DNA of 64,000 nucleotides from an uncultured Gemmatimonadales bacterium (GTDB lineage Bacteria; Gemmatimonadota; Gemmatimonadetes; JACCXV01; JAHWKZ01): NCBI GenBank assembly GCA_964619975.1, contig CAZUIY010000341.1, positions 1,393 to 65,392 of the forward strand, read 5' to 3'. Shown piece by piece: positions 9,496 to 18,628 of this stretch (position 1 is its first letter; each line of letters starts with the position of its first letter). The notes under the pieces were generated by a model. It saw only the letters and a program-made list of their open reading frames with translations, ran no database searches and was not told where the DNA came from. The position numbers and the translations under genes were made by a program.

Positions 9496-11558
9496 TGGAC
9501 CTGTTTCGACTCGTAACCCTGTCGGTCGGCGGGCGGCCGATCGAAATCTTGAACCTCGAAAAGCCGGACACCTACTGGAAAGAGCGCGACTCGCTCAAGT
9601 TCACCCCGGGGCCGAAGAAGCAAATCTGGTCGCAGAGCGCGCGGCGCTACGGCGGTGGTCGTCAGGCCGACGAGACGCACGAGAACGGGACCGTTGAGGC
9701 GAACTGGGTAGCGACCGGAGCAACCGAGCGCCAGTGCCTGACGAACCTGCGGGCGCTGCTGCGGGCGCTGGAGCGCTCGCGGCCGGGCATGTTCATCGAG
9801 TTTCGTCCGGACGGGGCACCCTTTGCCACGTACTGGGAGCTGCGCGGCACCGCAACGTGGAACCCCGATTACAAGTGGGTGCGCTTTGCGGGCGCGAAGG
9901 CGATCGCGGTGCAGGTGTCGTTCGTGGTCGAACCCACCGGCCGAATGCCGCGCATGGACGTCGCGGATTCCTTCGACGTTGACTCGCGCGAGGACTACAT
10001 CTTCGATGCAATGGCCGAGGACAACGTGGCCATGTCGTCGTCGCTCGTGCCCGTCGGGGACCTGGCATCGGAGCGTCGGATGATCCACTCGTCTCGCGGC
10101 TATGACTTGCTCGGCGGACAGGGGACCATCTTCGCCACCCCGGACTCCACGGTGACGGGCTTCAAGGTCGGGCGGGTCCTTCGGCGCAGCGCCCCGGACA
10201 CCTACGTTGAGGTCTACGTCGACGACAACGGGACGAACTCGCGCCTGCGCATCGACGTGGTGCTGGCTGGCTCGCGGACGAATCGCGCGTCCGTCAACCT
10301 TCCCGTCCGGATAAGCGCCGGGACGAAGTTCGCCGTGCGCGGGCGCATCGAGGCCAACGTCGTCTTTGCCGAGTACGTGTTCCTGCCGGACTCGCTCGGG
10401 CTGATCGGAATCATTAACACCTTCGCGCCTGCGGGCGGGGCCGGCTACGCCCTGTCGGGCGCCGAGGTGGCGGCCCTCCCGGCGGGGAAGATGGGCGTCT
10501 CGTGGGTGCCGCAGGGCGCGGGGGCGCGGCTGCACGACTACATCGATCAGCCCTTCACGCGACGCGCCATGACCACGCCGGGAACCGTGCAATGGGAGGA
10601 CGCGATCCCGGGCGACGCACCCGCCCTGTGCGACGTGTCGCTGAGCCTGCCGGCCGGCACGCCGCCCATATGGGGCATGGTCGCGTGGGCGCAGCGCCCG
10701 CTGACCCCGCTGGCCTCGTCGCGGGTGCCGTTGGGCGTCCTGTCCGCCGAGAGTGCCGACAGCTTTGGGGGCGGCTGGACGTCGATCGTCGCCGACGCCA
10801 ACTACAGGGGTGGCCAGGGCAGGAGGGCGGCGACCTTGGGAGTCGGCTCGGCCTACGTGCAGTACACGGTTGACCCCTCGGCCCTGACAGCCGATCTGTT
10901 TACCGAGGCGGACCTTGATCTGGAGCTCTGGGCGCGCGTCGAGCTGGCGGGAACGGTCGTCTCGCCGGTGATAAGCGCGGGGGCGGGGCCGGGCGGCGTC
11001 GGAGACTCGTGGGGCAACGTTCGCTACACGAGCGAGTGGGGTCAGGCCGGCAGGCGGCTCGTGACGCCGTCGGGCACGCGCTTCCGGTACGTGCGCCTTG
11101 GGGTGCTGCCGCTGTCCTCGGATCGCGAGATGCGGACCAAATGGGTGCTGACCGTGCTGGCGACGTGGGGCGCGGGCTCGACGGGGTCCTACGGACTCGA
11201 CGAGATACTGATCGTCCCGGCGCGCTCAAGGGCGCTCGGGGTGACCGGGAAGACTGCGAGCGGGTACCCCCGCCTGTTCGCCACGACCAACCTGACCCAA
11301 GAGGCGACGAAGACGATCCGAACCGACCTGTCGGGCGTGATCGCGCGGCCGCCGTTCGAGCGCGCGAACGACGCCGGACTCGGCGGCTCGCCGATCGAGT
11401 TGCCGCCCGGGCACGTCGACACGATCGTAAAGATGTCGTCGCTCGTGCCGGACGACCCGACTCCTAACTCCGCCGACTCGGAGGCGTCGCTGGGCCAGTA
11501 CGTCCCGGCCGTCCACCTATCCGTCACTCCGCGAGTGCACCTGTTCCGCGATGAGTGA
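9495..11558 (+). CDS. minor tail protein (distal tail / Dit-like position)
   Basis: 687 aa, directly after the tape measure with start/stop overlap; beta-rich. Confidence 0.55.
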   Translation: MDLFRLVTLSVGGRPIEILNLEKPDTYWKERDSLKFTPGPKKQIWSQSARRYGGGRQADETHENGTVEANWVATGATERQCLTNLRALLRALERSRPGMFIEFRPDGAPFATYWELRGTATWNPDYKWVRFAGAKAIAVQVSFVVEPTGRMPRMDVADSFDVDSREDYIFDAMAEDNVAMSSSLVPVGDLASERRMIHSSRGYDLLGGQGTIFATPDSTVTGFKVGRVLRRSAPDTYVEVYVDDNGTNSRLRIDVVLAGSRTNRASVNLPVRISAGTKFAVRGRIEANVVFAEYVFLPDSLGLIGIINTFAPAGGAGYALSGAEVAALPAGKMGVSWVPQGAGARLHDYIDQPFTRRAMTTPGTVQWEDAIPGDAPALCDVSLSLPAGTPPIWGMVAWAQRPLTPLASSRVPLGVLSAESADSFGGGWTSIVADANYRGGQGRRAATLGVGSAYVQYTVDPSALTADLFTEADLDLELWARVELAGTVVSPVISAGAGPGGVGDSWGNVRYTSEWGQAGRRLVTPSGTRFRYVRLGVLPLSSDREMRTKWVLTVLATWGAGSTGSYGLDEILIVPARSRALGVTGKTASGYPRLFATTNLTQEATKTIRTDLSGVIARPPFERANDAGLGGSPIELPPGHVDTIVKMSSLVPDDPTPNSADSEASLGQYVPAVHLSVTPRVHLFRDE

Positions 11559-13560
11559 GCTGACGGTTAGGCTGCAAGCGCTGGATGGCTTCTGGGAGCT
11601 CGTCGGTGCCGATCGCGGCCGAGGCATCGTGCCCGAATCACTGTCGCTGACTTGGAGTAAGTGGGGACCCGACACCTGCCGCTTTACGATTCGTCGCGAT
11701 CCCGGCGGCATCTTTCCCGACCTTCGCGAGTACACGCCGTGCGAGATCGAGATAGCCGGCGTGGTGGTGTGGGGTGGCCGCGTGTGGGAGACGCCTACGC
11801 AAGAGGGGGGCGACGCGCAGATTAGCGTGCAGGGTCAGGGCTGGCACTTCCATCTCGACGATGACGTGTACGAGCGCATCTACGTACACACAAACCTGAG
11901 CGATTGGAAGGATATCCGCAACTCCTTGACCGTCGATCTAGCAATGTCTGGCTGGTTCGCCGGTGGGCGGGTCGACTCCGGCGATGGCGCCATCAACCTG
12001 ACGTTTCCCGACGGTGTACGGACCGTTACGGGCGCTCGGTGCGGGGTCGTGCTCGACCTCGGCCCCGACTCCCGTGCGGCGCGCATCCTCGTTGTGTGGA
12101 AGACCCACGGCCCGTCGTCGGCGCTGTCGGAGTTCAAGGTGCGCGGCCACGACAGCGATAACCCAAACTGGGACCCCGAGGAGATCGACTCAGACACCTT
12201 CTCCGCCGGGTTGACCACGACGAGCGGCGGCACATTTTCAACCCCCCGCCGCTTCCTTTCCATTTACATGCAGCGAATGGGCTCAGAGACGACCTGGACC
12301 CAAGACTTGACCGCGCAGATCTTGTCGATTCGGGTGTTTCGAGAGGCCGCCTACGAGTCGGGCGGCCAGTCGGTCCTTCGTGCCCATCACGTCATTCACG
12401 ATGCGCTGCCGTTTGCCCCGTTGCTGGTCCAGGACACGTCCTTGATTGAGACGACTTCGCTCGATATCGACAGCTTGGCACCCACCGAAGATCGCACGCC
12501 GCGAGAAATGTGGAACGCGGTCGACATGTATCACAATTGGGTCAAAATGGTTCGGGCCGACGGTCGCCCGGTGTACAAGCCGCACCCAACGATCCCGCTG
12601 CTGCGGGTTGGAAGCTGGGCAGGGATCGAGTTCAAGGACGCCTCGCGCGGCTCGGGCGAGGACGTGCACAACCGGACGGTTGTGCGCGGCACGGGGCCTG
12701 ATGGTCAGCAAGTAAAGGTGTCTCGCTCCTCGGCAAAGGAAAGATCGCCTTCAGAGCCCGCAAACACGAGTTTCACCACGAACACAAATGGATGGACCAG
12801 TCCGGGGTCAAGTTTTACTCGCGATACCAGCGTGTTCGCGAGCGCCCCAGCAAGCCTTCGTGTAAATGATGCCACATGGGCGCGGGCTGAGACGATTTTG
12901 ACCGGGCTGACGGTGGGGATTCAATACACGATTCGCGTCAACATGCGACGCGGTCTTATCAACCTTCCCGGATCGTTCGCGGAGATACGCCTCGGGCAGC
13001 AATTGCAAACGGTGCCGGGAGAGGCGGTATCCGATAGCTCCTTCACCCCTCTCGAAGCGACCTTTATTGCTCAGGCGACTACGGAAACTCTGCGAATCTC
13101 GGGGCAGTTCAAAAACAACAGCGGCAGCACCCTCATGTACATCGATGATGTGCAGGTCTTGCAAGGAATTACGATCATTGATCGGCGCGGGTTTACCCGC
13201 ACGCACGTTCTTTCGATGAGCGCTCCACTCGTTGAGGCCACCGGAGCGGTGTTTGGCGACACTTACTTAGATACTCATCAGGGCGCCAAGCTGAAGGGTG
13301 ACTTCGACGCGGTTGGTTCGGCGGTGCGTCACTACCTGAACGACGCGCCTGTGCACCCGGGGCACCTCGGCCTGTACGTCAACGAGCTAGTCAACCTGTC
13401 GCATCACATCGATCCCGACACGGGAACGATCGGTCGCGACGCCCCGATCGTCCAAGTGGGATACACGCACGCCGAGCGAAGGGCCAGCGTGGCCCTCGAC
13501 GCGGAGCGCGATAACTTCGCGGCGCTCGTCCACCGATACTCAATGGCGGCAGGGGGCTAG
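11551..13560 (+). CDS. minor tail protein with C-terminal carbohydrate-binding-module-like domain (candidate receptor-binding protein)
   Basis: 669 aa. The C-terminal about 200 aa are a jelly-roll/CBM-like sequence (NTNGWTSPGSSFTRDTS...MYIDDVQV). GC content drops markedly across 12.2-13.5 kb. Confidence 0.55.
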   Translation: MSELTVRLQALDGFWELVGADRGRGIVPESLSLTWSKWGPDTCRFTIRRDPGGIFPDLREYTPCEIEIAGVVVWGGRVWETPTQEGGDAQISVQGQGWHFHLDDDVYERIYVHTNLSDWKDIRNSLTVDLAMSGWFAGGRVDSGDGAINLTFPDGVRTVTGARCGVVLDLGPDSRAARILVVWKTHGPSSALSEFKVRGHDSDNPNWDPEEIDSDTFSAGLTTTSGGTFSTPRRFLSIYMQRMGSETTWTQDLTAQILSIRVFREAAYESGGQSVLRAHHVIHDALPFAPLLVQDTSLIETTSLDIDSLAPTEDRTPREMWNAVDMYHNWVKMVRADGRPVYKPHPTIPLLRVGSWAGIEFKDASRGSGEDVHNRTVVRGTGPDGQQVKVSRSSAKERSPSEPANTSFTTNTNGWTSPGSSFTRDTSVFASAPASLRVNDATWARAETILTGLTVGIQYTIRVNMRRGLINLPGSFAEIRLGQQLQTVPGEAVSDSSFTPLEATFIAQATTETLRISGQFKNNSGSTLMYIDDVQVLQGITIIDRRGFTRTHVLSMSAPLVEATGAVFGDTYLDTHQGAKLKGDFDAVGSAVRHYLNDAPVHPGHLGLYVNELVNLSHHIDPDTGTIGRDAPIVQVGYTHAERRASVALDAERDNFAALVHRYSMAAGG

Positions 13561-13564
13561 GGTC

Positions 13565-13945
13565 ATGGCTCCGATTGAAGGCGAAATGCGATTCTTGCGC
13601 CAGCGTCTAGACAGGCAGGAAGACGAGTTGACCGCACTTCGCGAGCTGCCTGCGGCCGTCGCCGGACTCAGTCGCGGACTGACCGCCGTGGAGGAGGGCC
13701 AGAGGAGGATCGAGCGACGCCTGGACGTCGCCGACGAAGAGGAGGTTCGTCGCGTCGTCGCGCTTCGCACGGACCTTCGGCAGATGAACCAGAAGATAGA
13801 CGATCGGTTCGACCGCGTCGACCTTGCCCACGAGCGCGCCAGGGGCGTGGACTGGAAGACGGTGTTGGCGGTGGTTACGGGCATTACGGTCCCACTTTTC
13901 GTGGCGATCGTGGGAGCGATCGTCGCGTTCGGTGCGCCGGGGTGA
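13565..13945 (+). CDS. small coiled-coil protein with C-terminal transmembrane helix (lysis-associated or holin-like candidate)
   Basis: 126 aa; N-terminal charged helix; C-terminal TM segment VLAVVTGITVPLFVAIVGAIVAF. Confidence 0.4.
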   Translation: MAPIEGEMRFLRQRLDRQEDELTALRELPAAVAGLSRGLTAVEEGQRRIERRLDVADEEEVRRVVALRTDLRQMNQKIDDRFDRVDLAHERARGVDWKTVLAVVTGITVPLFVAIVGAIVAFGAPG

Positions 13946-14604
13946 GCGAGCAGGTCGTCATCGCGCGGGGAACGCTCGCCGCCTGCGCCGCGGGGCTGGG
14001 GGTGGTGCTGGCGGTGCTCGCCTACTTCGCCATCTCGGGCTTCAGCGCCGCGAGCGACGCCAGGGAGCAGATATCGCGCGACGTCGCGCGCCTTGATCGC
14101 CTGGAGGCGCCCCTGACGCGGGTCGAGCTACGGCAGCTGCTTCGCGATCTACTGTCATCTATCGAACCCGCAGAGCGAAGCAAGAGGCTCAAGCGGGCGC
14201 TGCGGCGGATCGAGCGGGGCCGGGTGCGTCCGTCGGGCTCCGGTTTCCGCGGCAGCCTGCCGCGCAGCCCACTGGTCGATCGAGGCCGCGCCGCGCCTCC
14301 GCCCCGCCCCGTCCCGCCCCGCGAGCGCGCCGGCCCCGACCGACCCTCGGCGACCCCCCGCCGCGCGCCGGCCCCTCAGCGGGCAACTCCGCCCGCCCCT
14401 CCATCGACTCGGGCTCCCGCCCCGCCGCCCCCCGCCCCGCCCGTGCCGCGCGCACCCGCGCCATCGCCCGTCGGACCGCCGCCCGCCCCGCCCGCGCCCT
14501 CCGACCCGCGGCTGCTGCCCGACCTGCCGCTGCCGAACCTTCCCGATATCCCGCTGCTGCCGGACCTCGGCATCCGGGGAAAGATGGCTGAATCACAGAG
14601 ATAG
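13942..14604 (+). CDS. membrane protein with N-terminal TM helix and Pro-rich C-terminal tail (holin or spanin-like candidate)
   Basis: 220 aa; TM segment LAACAAGLGVVLAVLAYFAISGF; long PAPP low-complexity tail; sits directly upstream of the endolysin. Confidence 0.4.
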   Translation: MSEQVVIARGTLAACAAGLGVVLAVLAYFAISGFSAASDAREQISRDVARLDRLEAPLTRVELRQLLRDLLSSIEPAERSKRLKRALRRIERGRVRPSGSGFRGSLPRSPLVDRGRAAPPPRPVPPRERAGPDRPSATPRRAPAPQRATPPAPPSTRAPAPPPPAPPVPRAPAPSPVGPPPAPPAPSDPRLLPDLPLPNLPDIPLLPDLGIRGKMAESQR

Positions 14605-14641
14605 CCTGCGCGGGCAGCGATCCTACTACTGAGGAGAAGGC

Positions 14642-15775
14642 ATGAACAGGGACAAGCTCGCGCGGTGGATAGCCACCATCGCGGCGGTCCTGGCGGCGCT
14701 CGGAGTGACGATCAGCATCGTCGACACCGACGGCGACGGGAGCCCCGATCGGGCAGACATCACGTTTAAGGTCAACCAGCAGCCCGACGACGGCGCGAGG
14801 TCGATCGAGGTGACGGTGCCGGCGCCGCTGGCGGAGCAGGCGGCGAGGAGTACCGAGGGTGACCTTCGCGACGAGCGGCCACCGGAGGCCGTGGAGGCGG
14901 TGCCCGAGCAACTTCGCTCCGCGGAGCAGAAGCAGGACGAGATACGGCGCGAGCAGGAACCGCTACCCACCGCCGGAGCGACGGCGTCGATCGACGGATG
15001 CGTGACGCGGTTCGTCCGCAACCAGTCGTCGCGCAACGGCGTCCGTCCGCAGCACCAGACGCTCCACTACACGGTCAGCACGAACCGGCCGGGGTGGGAC
15101 GACGTGTGGGCCATCGTCAACTACTTCAACGGTCCGAGCGGGGCGAGCTCGAACTTCGTCATCGACGCGGAGGGTCACTGCGCCTACATCGTCCCCATCG
15201 AGTCGAAGCCCTGGACGCAGGCCGCCGCGAACCCGTTCGCGATCAGCTACGAGATCATCGCTTACGGGAACGAGCAGGTGTACCTAGAGGAGGCGGGTTA
15301 CGAAAAGCTGCGCCACGTGATGCAGCAGGTCAGCGCTCGCACCGGAATCCCGATGAGGCGCGGGGCGACCAGCGGGTGCACCCCCACGAAGACGGGGATC
15401 GTGCAGCACTACGACTACGGCATCTGCGGCGGCGGCCACCACGACATCAGGCCCTTCAGCGTCGATCAGGTCATTCAGATCGTCGCTTCGGGCGGGGCGT
15501 CTTCGCTGCTGTCGAGGCTCACGGAGCCGGAGCAGAAGATCGTACGACGGCGTTGCGCGCACTGGTACAAGCATCAGCGCGCTCGCGGCACGGCCAGGCG
15601 GACGCAGCTGCGCTACAGCAGGCATTGGCGTGCCCGGGCGGCGGCGCAGAAGCGAACGCTGGACGCCAGGCATCGAAGGGGTCGTTCCTGGAAGAGGCTG
15701 GACAGCGGGATCAGGCGCAAGAGCATGGCGCGCGCGGAGCGCATGAAGAAGGCGGACCGAAAGGCGCTCTGCTAG
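14642..15775 (+). CDS. endolysin: N-acetylmuramoyl-L-alanine amidase (amidase_2/PGRP fold) with N-terminal signal-anchor TM helix and polycationic C-terminal tail
   Basis: Amidase_2-like core (HYTVSTNRPGWDDVWAIVNYFNGPSGASSNFVIDAEGHCAYIVP ... GIVQHYDYGICGGGHHD). N-terminal hydrophobic helix WIATIAAVLAALGVTISIV. The last about 75 aa are very Arg/Lys rich. Confidence 0.8.
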   Translation: MNRDKLARWIATIAAVLAALGVTISIVDTDGDGSPDRADITFKVNQQPDDGARSIEVTVPAPLAEQAARSTEGDLRDERPPEAVEAVPEQLRSAEQKQDEIRREQEPLPTAGATASIDGCVTRFVRNQSSRNGVRPQHQTLHYTVSTNRPGWDDVWAIVNYFNGPSGASSNFVIDAEGHCAYIVPIESKPWTQAAANPFAISYEIIAYGNEQVYLEEAGYEKLRHVMQQVSARTGIPMRRGATSGCTPTKTGIVQHYDYGICGGGHHDIRPFSVDQVIQIVASGGASSLLSRLTEPEQKIVRRRCAHWYKHQRARGTARRTQLRYSRHWRARAAAQKRTLDARHRRGRSWKRLDSGIRRKSMARAERMKKADRKALC

Positions 15776-15833
15776 TCGAAGCCGAGAGGCCGGTCCGCTA
15801 GCCTTTCTCTTGCTCGAAGCCCCCACCCCTGCG

Positions 15834-15877
15834 CCGCGCCCCCATACTCGGGCGCGGTCGATCCCGCGACAGCGGGC
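15834..15877 (+). terminator. two GC-rich stem-loops after the lysis cassette
   Basis: CCGCGCCC-8nt-GGGCGCGG followed by CCCGC-gaca-GCGGG; no U-tract (common in high-GC actinobacteria). Confidence 0.4.
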
Positions 15878-15929
15878 CTCCGTGATCGGGTACATCGGTC
15901 GCGATTGCAGGCGGTGGGGGCTTCTTGCT

Positions 15930-15979
15930 GCCGTGGCTGACGAGGTTGGGCGGTGGTAACGTGCCGCCGCGTACCCGGT
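15930..15979 (+). promoter_or_regulatory. promoter P0: variant member of the conserved promoter/leader family (-10 TAACGT, leader GTACCCGGT), driving the recT operon
   Basis: TAACGT followed 8 nt later by CGCGTACCCGGTC, then AGGAGG, then TTG start at 16001. Confidence 0.45.
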
Positions 15980-16000
15980 CCCCAGCAGCAGGAGGCAGCG

Positions 16001-17224
16001 TTGAGCGACGAGCAGAAGCAGGATCAGGCACTTGCGGTGGTGGTGGGCGAGCAGCTAGCCCGCCGGCCGGTGATCGAGTTGGTTAACCCGCAGCAGCTGG
16101 CCCTCATCAAGAACCGCGTTGCGCCCAACGCGACTAACGGCGAGGTGGGTCAGTTCCTGGAGCTGTGCGTCGCCTACGGGCTGGACCCCTACGCCGGGGA
16201 GGCGTGGTGCGCGAAGTCGCGCGGTCAGAACGGCGGTGAGGGACGACTGCTGATCATGGTCGGCCGAGACGGCCTTCGCAAGATCGCGCACCGGAACGGC
16301 CTGGACATCGATGGCGACGTGGTGCGCCTGTACGACGACTTCGAGGTGAAGCGCGACCCGAAGACGCGCGAGCGAACGATCCTGCACGCCTACACAGAGG
16401 CGATTCGCGAGGACAGGGCGAAGCGCGATGGCGACCAGACGCCTGAGGCAAGCGCCCGCGGGCCGATCGTCGGGGCGTGGGCCGAGGTTTACGACCAGGC
16501 CGGAAAGCAGCGGGGATACTTCTACGCACCGCTGACGGAGTACCGGCCGACGAACCCGAAGCAGCTCCAGTACAGCCCGTGGGGGTCGCAGGAGTCGGTG
16601 ATGATCCTGGCGGCGGCCGAGCGGCAGGCGCTGCGGCAGGCGACGCCGCTGGGCGGGCTGCTGGCCGAGGGCGAGGACGCGCGGATCGACGAGGGGCCGC
16701 GCATCGAGCCGGCTGACCTGTCGGCCATCGTCAGCAACTTCGTGGAGGACGAGCAGACGCTGCGGTCGGTGGTGGCGGTGATCGAGCGCGCCCGCGCGGT
16801 GGCGCACGGTGGCCTGAGCGACGTGGCGACGATCGAGATGACGCTGACGGGGCAGTCGCAGGAGTTCGTCGACCAGTGGCTGCACGAGGCGGTGCTGGAG
16901 GTCGAGCGCGCGGAGGCGCAGGCGCAGGCGCAGGCGGTCAGCGAGGCGCAGGCCGAGGTCGTGACGGACGCCGAGGTGGTGGGCGAGGGCGGTGACGCGC
17001 CGCCCGAGGACGGCGGCGGCGATTCGGGCGGCGACGAGGACGCGGGGGGCGAGGAGAAGCCCGATCCAACGGCCGTGCTGGAGGGCCAAGCGGCCGACCT
17101 GCGCCTGGACGCCGACGCCGCCGAGGAGGGCGGCGACGCCGACGCCGCCGAGAAGATGCGCGACGACGCGGATCGTCTGGAGTCACAGGCAGCGGAGCTG
17201 CGCGCGGCCGACGCGGAGGAGTAG
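16001..17224 (+). CDS. recT: RecT-family single-strand annealing recombinase
   Basis: Conserved RecT/Red-beta core (GEVGQFLELCVAYGLDPYAGEAWCAKSRGQNGGEGRLLIMVGRDGLRKIA); acidic C-terminus; TTG start 6 nt after AGGAGG. The ORF-track start at 15953 simply reads through the promoter. Confidence 0.8.
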   Translation: MSDEQKQDQALAVVVGEQLARRPVIELVNPQQLALIKNRVAPNATNGEVGQFLELCVAYGLDPYAGEAWCAKSRGQNGGEGRLLIMVGRDGLRKIAHRNGLDIDGDVVRLYDDFEVKRDPKTRERTILHAYTEAIREDRAKRDGDQTPEASARGPIVGAWAEVYDQAGKQRGYFYAPLTEYRPTNPKQLQYSPWGSQESVMILAAAERQALRQATPLGGLLAEGEDARIDEGPRIEPADLSAIVSNFVEDEQTLRSVVAVIERARAVAHGGLSDVATIEMTLTGQSQEFVDQWLHEAVLEVERAEAQAQAQAVSEAQAEVVTDAEVVGEGGDAPPEDGGGDSGGDEDAGGEEKPDPTAVLEGQAADLRLDADAAEEGGDADAAEKMRDDADRLESQAAELRAADAEE

Positions 17225-17228
17225 GCCG

Positions 17229-17432
17229 ATGGCCAGGGAAAGGGCACCACGGCCGCGCCGCCGGGCGTGGCTGGTGGCCCGCGACTCATCGGGCGTAGAG
17301 GCAACGCGCGTGGAGCTCGTGCCGCGCCGGCCGCTGATGTCTCAGCAGGCTCGCCCCGTGCTGGTCGCGGTCGAGGACGCGCTGATCCCGGAGGGAAGCA
17401 TCGTGACCATCGAGCACGAGGCGGGAAGCTGA
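17229..17432 (+). CDS. small hypothetical protein
   Basis: 68-aa ORF between recT and the exonuclease gene, ATGA overlap with the next gene. Confidence 0.3.
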   Translation: MARERAPRPRRRAWLVARDSSGVEATRVELVPRRPLMSQQARPVLVAVEDALIPEGSIVTIEHEAGS

Positions 17433-18628
17433 TGGCGCGCCGCCGCCGGGCGCTGCCCGTCCTCACGCCGGAGGGCGTGGTGGAGGAGTACCCGTCGATC
17501 CGCCAGTCGCGTCTCGGCGACTTCGACAACTGTTCCCTCATGACGAAGTGGACGCTGGAGGGCTACGACTTTACGAATAAGGCGCAGGCACGCGGGATCG
17601 TGTTCCACCGCTTCGCGGCGGAGGTGCTGCGCACGCTGCGGCGACTGGGCGCGACCATGCTGCCGGTCGACCAGGCGCTGGAGATCTTGTACGAGGTGTG
17701 CGCGCAGCGCGACGTGCCGGACGAGGAGGTGGTCGTGCTGCCCGCGGCCGAGCGCCGGCTGCTGCGAATAGCGGCGATCAAGTTCGCCCACGAGAACGAG
17801 TTCAACATGACGAAGCTGATCGACGTCGAGCGGCGCCTGTACGCGACGGTGACCTACCCGGAGCCGGAGACCGGCGTGGCGATCGAGCGCACCATCACGG
17901 GGACGCCGGACGCGATCGTGGCCGACCCGCCCGACGGGGCGGTGGTGCTCGACTGGAAGACCACGCTCCAGCCGCCGCCGCGCTACGGGGGTCAGCAGGA
18001 GGACACCGACTCGGGCGTGTCGTACATGGGGTACTTTCAGCAGCGGTTCTACGCGCTGCTGGTCTTCAAGAACTACCCGTCGGTCCAGACCGTGACGCTG
18101 CGGGAGTTCTATCCACTCGCTGGCGAGGCACGCACGGCGACCGTGCACGTCAACCAGATGGAGCACATAGAGCGAGAGATGGCGGCGCAGGTCGAGCTTC
18201 TGGATCGGGCGCTGGCGGGGGGGTCGGACTCGAAGGTCTGGAAGCCGTCGCCGGGGCGGCACTGCACCTACTGCCCGCGGCCGACGGCGTGCCCAATCGA
18301 GGCGGACGTGAGGGTCTTCGGCGCCGGCGGCGCCGCCACGGCGGGGATCACCTCGCAGGCGCACGCTCAGCGCCTCGCGGCCGAGTACGTGCTGGCCGGC
18401 CGCGTGAAAGAGGTACTGCACGACGGGCTGAAGGGCTGGGTCGAGGTTCACGGCCCGATCCGGGTGAAGTCCGCCAAGGGTCGTTACGAGGTGCGGTGGA
18501 AGGAAACGGGGCGGGGGCGACGCTTCGGCGTGCACGTCCCTGAGGGCTCGACGCGCGGGCCGAAGGACGAGAACCTGGAGGCCGCCTTCGCGGAGGCCGC
18601 CGCGAAAAAGGAGAGAGCGCATGGCTGA
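17432..18628 (+). CDS. PD-(D/E)XK exonuclease, Cas4/RecB-like with Fe-S cysteines (recombination partner of RecT)
   Basis: Nuclease motifs (DAIVADPPDGAVVLDWKTT ... QQRFYALL); Cys pattern of N-terminal C plus C-terminal HCTYCPRPTACP, typical of Cas4-like nucleases; adjacent to recT. Confidence 0.7.
   Translation: MARRRRALPVLTPEGVVEEYPSIRQSRLGDFDNCSLMTKWTLEGYDFTNKAQARGIVFHRFAAEVLRTLRRLGATMLPVDQALEILYEVCAQRDVPDEEVVVLPAAERRLLRIAAIKFAHENEFNMTKLIDVERRLYATVTYPEPETGVAIERTITGTPDAIVADPPDGAVVLDWKTTLQPPPRYGGQQEDTDSGVSYMGYFQQRFYALLVFKNYPSVQTVTLREFYPLAGEARTATVHVNQMEHIEREMAAQVELLDRALAGGSDSKVWKPSPGRHCTYCPRPTACPIEADVRVFGAGGAATAGITSQAHAQRLAAEYVLAGRVKEVLHDGLKGWVEVHGPIRVKSAKGRYEVRWKETGRGRRFGVHVPEGSTRGPKDENLEAAFAEAAAKKERAHG

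Noticed and set aside
14280-14560. Pro/Ala-rich low-complexity stretch as a non-coding repeat region
   Set aside because: It is in frame within the 13942-14604 ORF and continues to a stop right before the lysin gene. Interpreted as a Pro-rich linker or tail of a membrane protein.
15284-15895. Minus-strand ORF starting ATGTACCCGATC
   Set aside because: It overlaps the endolysin gene antisense and has a low-complexity translation. Its start codon is merely part of the inverted leader motif.
15953-16000. GTG at 15953 as the recT start (ORF-track coordinate)
   Set aside because: These codons are the promoter -10, discriminator and leader motif themselves. A TTG at 16001 sits 6 nt after AGGAGG.
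17478-17490. GTACCCGTCGATC inside the exonuclease gene (and CGGACCCGACC at about 48676) as further motif copies
   Set aside because: No TANNNT hexamer 7 nt upstream and no downstream SD/start. Probably chance matches within coding sequence.
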